Positions 60,701 to 64,000 of a stretch of 64,000 nt of DNA are shown here, in pieces. Source of the stretch: Moniliella sp. 'wahieum' (lineage: Eukaryota); contig RSEE01000001.1 in assembly GCA_003971905.1 (NCBI GenBank), positions 124,001-188,000 of the forward strand, read 5' to 3'. A program made the translations under genes and the position numbers. The notes beneath the pieces were generated by a model. It ran no database searches. It was given only the letters and a program-made list of their open reading frames with translations, and was not told where the DNA came from. How positions within the stretch are numbered: the stretch's first letter is position 1; each line of letters begins with the position of its first letter.

Positions 60701-63700
60701 TTAAACATGCATCGACGGAATAGATCCTTCAGAAATCACATCTCTAACGTGCCTAGCTGGGCGGCAATCTGCGTATCTTCCTCGCCAGGCACCTGGTGAG
60801 CTCTTGGTTCGGTACGTCGCAGTTGCTCGAACCAAGTCGCAGCCTCGGGTGGACCTACTCGTACCAAGGAAGTAAGCAAGTCGACACCGCCGCTCGGCTG
60901 GGAACGAACCAGCTGCACAGCCAAGTCCCATGTCGCCGTAGGATCCTGACTCATCCACTCTTGTAGGAGCGGCCCTGCTCCGTCTTCGAGGTAACGGAGA
61001 AGAGGGAGGACATCGGGAAAGAGAGCGCGGCAACGGGGAGGACAATCGACGGCGGGGGAGACGTGGCAAGGCACCAGGAAACCCATTGCATCCCTTCGTC
61101 TGACGAGGCTGGCAGCCTCTCCACCATGCTCTGCAGCAGCTTCCCGCCGGTCTGGGAGGACCAGGTACGCGGCGGGGGCAGATCCACTTCGACCTCGTGG
61201 GCAAGGAGGTGTACGAGTAGGGGAAACGCGTCGGGCGAGGAAACTTGAATAGAAGCCCAGAGGGAAATATGGAGGGTGCGCAGCATTTCGCCCATCTCCT
61301 CCCATGGGGGGGAAGGTGGGGGACGGGAGGGGGACCCTCACCAGGGGGATGGATACCATTGGCGGTGCCATTAGGAGTGTTCTTCGCCAAACCGTTCGGC
61401 GCTTGGTGAGAAATGGTGTCTATTGAAGTAGTGTGCGATAGCGGGCTGATTCTTGCATCATTTTCTGATTCGAGAGATTGGGCAGGATTAGGCGAGTGGA
61501 GGGGCGGGAAAAGCGGTACGAGCTTAGCCATCACGGAGAGACAGAGTGCTTCCACCCCCCCTGCGTCCTTGGAATGCACCTGGTATCCAGCCCAAGAGTG
61601 GAGGACGGTGCACAGCTCTGCCACAGGGTGACATAGAGCACAGAGGGGTGGGCAGCCACTGCTTTGGGTAAGACGCGTAGCAGTTCATCCGTAATTTGTA
61701 AGGCTGTTTCGACTCGAGCCGGGGTATGACTGGACAGGGACCAAGAGTCAGCGGACACAGTATGAGGGAATGGTGGGAGGGAGGAGGTACGTACTAAGGA
61801 CCAACAGGCTGAGAAGGGCGATCAGCTCCTTCACTGGGTCCCACTGAGCCTGAGAAAGGTTGGTGGTTGGTGTATCCAGTCGTTCGAGGACTTCCATACG
61901 TTCGAGCAATGCGACAAAGACTTCTCGGGGAGCAGCGCGGCGAGATAAAATGCTCAAGATTTGCATGCCATCGGGAACGAGCGATTCTACGCCCAAGCAG
62001 GGTGTGAGCGCAGCAAATATGGTAAAGGTCTGCTCCAACATTGGCGGGGGTATCTCTTCCTGCATCTCCCATAGGAAAGGGACGAGGCCAGGTGAGCTAC
62101 GCCCTCCCTCGTTCTCCCCACGAAGAACATGATTCAGGTCCTGCACCGCGTGCCGCACCCCCCGCTCCCATGGCTCCCGCTCCCTCGTCCGCCCCCTCTC
62201 TCCTCTTACAGAATCCGAAACGAGCGATGTGTGGCGGCTAGCGTGTCTCCGCCCACGTTCCTCCGACACAGTAGAGCTCGGTGCCAACGATGGGCGGCGG
62301 GGGGATGGGGACGTCGTCCTCTTTCCTTTCTCTTCTTCCTCGGCAGTCTGCGTGCCCCCGAGGCTCAGGGCATGAGCCACCGCCTCGAGCGGACGGCTGT
62401 CGGTAAGGAAAATCTGGACTCGTTTCCGTAGTGGGCGGGTGAGGGTGCTGCCTCGATCGGATATTTGGCTTCCTCCTGGACGGGAAACAGTGCGGACCGA
62501 GGAGTGGGGCGGGCGCGGGGGAGCGCCTGTACGCGAGGGCCGGACGACCATGTAAAACCTCAAGCAGGGAATCTTACCTTCTCGTCCAGAAGGGCCTGGA
62601 CTGGACGGGGGGTACTTCCCCCGTTACAGGGGTAGAGGAGGATCGTTTTTCCTTTCTTCCTAGTGCGGACATGAGTGATTGCACAAAGGAGAGAGTCCCG
62701 GCGTTTGGGGTGGGGGGAACCTCCCAAACACATTCGAGTACCCACTCCTCATCCACCTGCCACGCATGGTATAGGATCCCAAAGCATCGCAGCGCATACT
62801 TGATAAAGCTCATCACTTTTTCCCCTGGTTCTTGTGAGGGGTTGAGCAGAGTGAGGAGGACGGACCCTTCGGAGACTAGAGATGGCTGAGCCGACAAGGT
62901 TGGCTGCTGAACGCGGGAAGGTGAAGGGGAGGTGACCGCTCTCGAATGGGAGTGAACGTGAGACACGTGCTTGCCCTGTCTTGTCCACCAGAAGCGGAAG
63001 ATTGATCCGGTGGGTGGGTGGGGTAGGCACAAAGGTGGAAGACTTGAATTCTTTGACGCCCCTCTCCGGCGGAGGGGGAGTCGCCCGCCAACAGCTCGAA
63101 ATTGCGCATCCTTTGTATCGCATCCATGTCCAGTAGCATTCCTGTCCGTCTTCTCAACTCGGGGTCAGGCACAAGCGCAACAGCTCGCTGAGCGCGGATC
63201 GCCATGTTGCGCAACGAGCTGGGATGTACCCAACGGGTAGCGTACGCCGGTCAAGACTCGCAGCATGGTCACCCCCACGGTCCAGGCATCAACCTCGGGA
63301 CCCCAGTAGGTCGCTGCTCCCAAGGGAGGAGAGCGCGTGCACAATCTCAGGACAATGAAAGGCAGGGCTGCCGCAGCATGTGCTGAGCTTGGCTTGGGAT
63401 TTGGAGTAGTGGGTGGCCAATCCAAAGTCGAGGAGCTTGAGTTGTAGAGTAGTTGGGTGGACAAGAATGTTCTCAGGTTTAATGTCCCGGTGGCAGATTT
63501 GCAAGGGGCGATGGATGGCGTCGACAGCGAAGGAGCTGAGGGGGGAAAACACTTTGCTCCCCACATCGGCGGGCAGCAAGGGAAGGCCAGGAGGGGGACG
63601 GTGCTTTTCATCAGGAGCAGCTTCTCGAGTGTCACGTAACCGCCCAGGTACTCTTCGATGAGGTAGAAGTGTCCCGGGGTCCGAATCGTTTCGTATACAG

Positions 63701-64000
63701 CCACCAGGTTGGGGTGAGGCGGCAGTTCGGCGAGCAACGTAGGCTCCCGCAGCAACCGCGTGGCGATCAGGATGTGAGGGGGAAGAGCGGCGTGTGCTTG
63801 AGAGCATAGAGTCTGCCCTGCTTGGCGGCAAGGAAAACGGTGCTGAACTTGCCGCGGCCCAGGATTTTGGGCAACAGGGTATAATCCCCAATGCCGGTAG
63901 CAAGCAGCCGATCCGCGCTCGCACCTCGGCACCTCGGAAGGAGGAGCAGCCTCGATGCGGGCAACAGGGGAGCACATCAGCGGCGCCCCACTCCTCGGGC
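60701..64000 (-). CDS. Ser/Thr kinase (CAMK/CAMKL-like) with long C-terminal extension including an ALF4/glomulin/Ybp1-like region; 5' end outside window
   Basis: ILGRGKFSTV, YALK, HPNLVAVYE, HRDIKPENIL, LLDFGLA, TCCGSPAFHCPE, GPEVDAW. Coding pieces continue without an intergenic gap through FIKYALRCFGILYH to ILSRRAAPREVFVALLE. Intron 61731-61794. Confidence 0.8.

Overview
Gene-dense fungal genomic DNA, most likely an intron-poor basidiomycete (Ustilaginomycotina-like; inferred from protein style and short GT..CTRAC..AG introns). Nearly every conserved gene carries several 1-bp frameshifts, typical of an unpolished long-read assembly, so gene ends are approximate. Recognisable genes: RAD50 (5' part), an SDR, GRR1-like F-box/LRR, a DHA1-type MFS transporter, a TVP38/TMEM41-like protein, GPI1, CCT4, RPS1 (eS1), COG6, a divergent alpha-tubulin, a Trk K+ transporter, a bZIP factor, a secreted CPHC thioredoxin, a Zn-ADH, a CFIm68/CPSF6-like RRM protein, a LURP/tubby-C-like protein, and a CAMK-group kinase apparently fused to an ALF4/glomulin-like region. 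There are three intron-containing tRNAs (Ile-AAT, Gly-CCC, Met-CAT). Intergenic DNA holds transposon debris: a solo LTR with a TSD, a decayed Ty3/gypsy element, a mini-Helitron family and a split direct-repeat family. The most striking unexplained signal is a non-coding sequence grammar. Dozens of short 7-bp-periodic arrays of the form (T-N-A + 4-bp palindrome)n use 15 of the 16 possible palindromic tetramers, and they often keep phase while the spacer changes. They were seen in intergenic DNA and not in the coding regions.
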